Virus record (IMG/VR): IMGVR_UViG_3300027754_000035 | Reading direction: 5' to 3' (one strand) | Length of the DNA stretch: 64,000 nt | DNA from: a virus | Lineage: Duplodnaviria; Caudoviricetes | Shown here: one piece after another, positions 63,795 through 64,000 of the stretch | How the letters are laid out: each line of letters opens with the position of its first letter | How positions within the stretch are numbered: the stretch's first letter is position 1 | Notes under the pieces: model-generated | What the model saw: the letters and a program-made list of their open reading frames with translations, nothing else | Databases searched by the model: none | Told to the model about the DNA's origin: nothing | Position numbers and translations under genes: made by a program

Positions 63795-64000
63795 GTAAAA
63801 AATTAAGAGTCTTTGATTTTGACGATACGCTTTTTCATACATCTGGCAAAGTGATTGTTGCACATGCGGATGGTTCTACTGATCAGTTTACACCCGCACA
63901 GTATGCAGTTTATGAACCACGATCTGGTGACAAGTTTGATTTTTCTCAGTTTGTATCGGTTGTAGATCCAAAAGTTATTCGTCCGGTCGCCAAGAGATTC
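63791..64000 (+). CDS. HAD-family phosphatase, 3'-truncated by the window edge
   Basis: MSKKLRVFDFDDTLF carries HAD motif I (DxDxT); the frame stays open to base 64000; absent from the ORF track. Confidence 0.75.
   Translation, partial: MSKKLRVFDFDDTLFHTSGKVIVAHADGSTDQFTPAQYAVYEPRSGDKFDFSQFVSVVDPKVIRPVAKRF

Noticed and set aside
1-64000. Stop-codon reassignment as in some jumbo phages
   Set aside because: Standard-code ORFs tile the window densely and conserved proteins are full length. TGA ends several genes in ATGA overlaps. TAG is rare but ends 17195-21706 sensibly.
59756-64000. tRNA genes near the CCA-adding enzyme
   Set aside because: Intergenic gaps are too short and no cloverleaf or T-loop (GTTCGA) pattern was found; tRNAs may lie outside the window.
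1-64000. Prophage, cellular contractile injection system (eCIS/T6SS) or host chromosome origin
   Set aside because: Terminase, portal, protease, scaffold and MCP are all present with phage replication genes; no integrase or housekeeping genes are seen.

Overview
The whole window is part of a large lytic myovirus genome (T4-like jumbo-phage architecture), not a cellular chromosome. It has no rRNA, tRNA or CRISPR array, and genes are almost all on the + strand. Order of modules: (1) tail fibre/adhesin genes at 1-5062, one with an S74 chaperone and one with a C-terminal Hint domain; (2) membrane proteins and a gp55-like late sigma factor; (3) baseplate/spike module at 8343-25143; (4) a four-gene glycosyltransferase/methyltransferase cassette at 25212-32043, directly behind a mucin-like Pro/Thr/Ser repeat protein; (5) a beta-propeller tail protein, RuvC-like resolvase, primase and a single-ORF Mre11-Rad50 (gp47-gp46) fusion; (6) a 1330-aa tail sheath followed by a Hef-like endonuclease between two related terminators; (7) head module with terminase, portal, prohead protease, scaffold and major capsid protein; (8) a Mom-like DNA modifier, a lipoprotein with u-spanin topology, and an RNA-end-repair-like cluster (2H phosphoesterase, CCA-adding enzyme, second nucleotidyltransferase, cupin, HAD phosphatase). 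The two strongest leads are both inferences. One is a possible phage-encoded mucin-type O-glycosylation system for the virion (tandem GT60-like enzyme plus PTS-repeat acceptor). The other is a shared MIK(L/F)xxLxE N-terminal tag suggesting that RNA-repair/anti-defence enzymes are packaged in the capsid. A sense-strand TATTTAT(A) motif precedes many genes and behaves like a late promoter. All family assignments come from motif recognition by eye; no database search was run.
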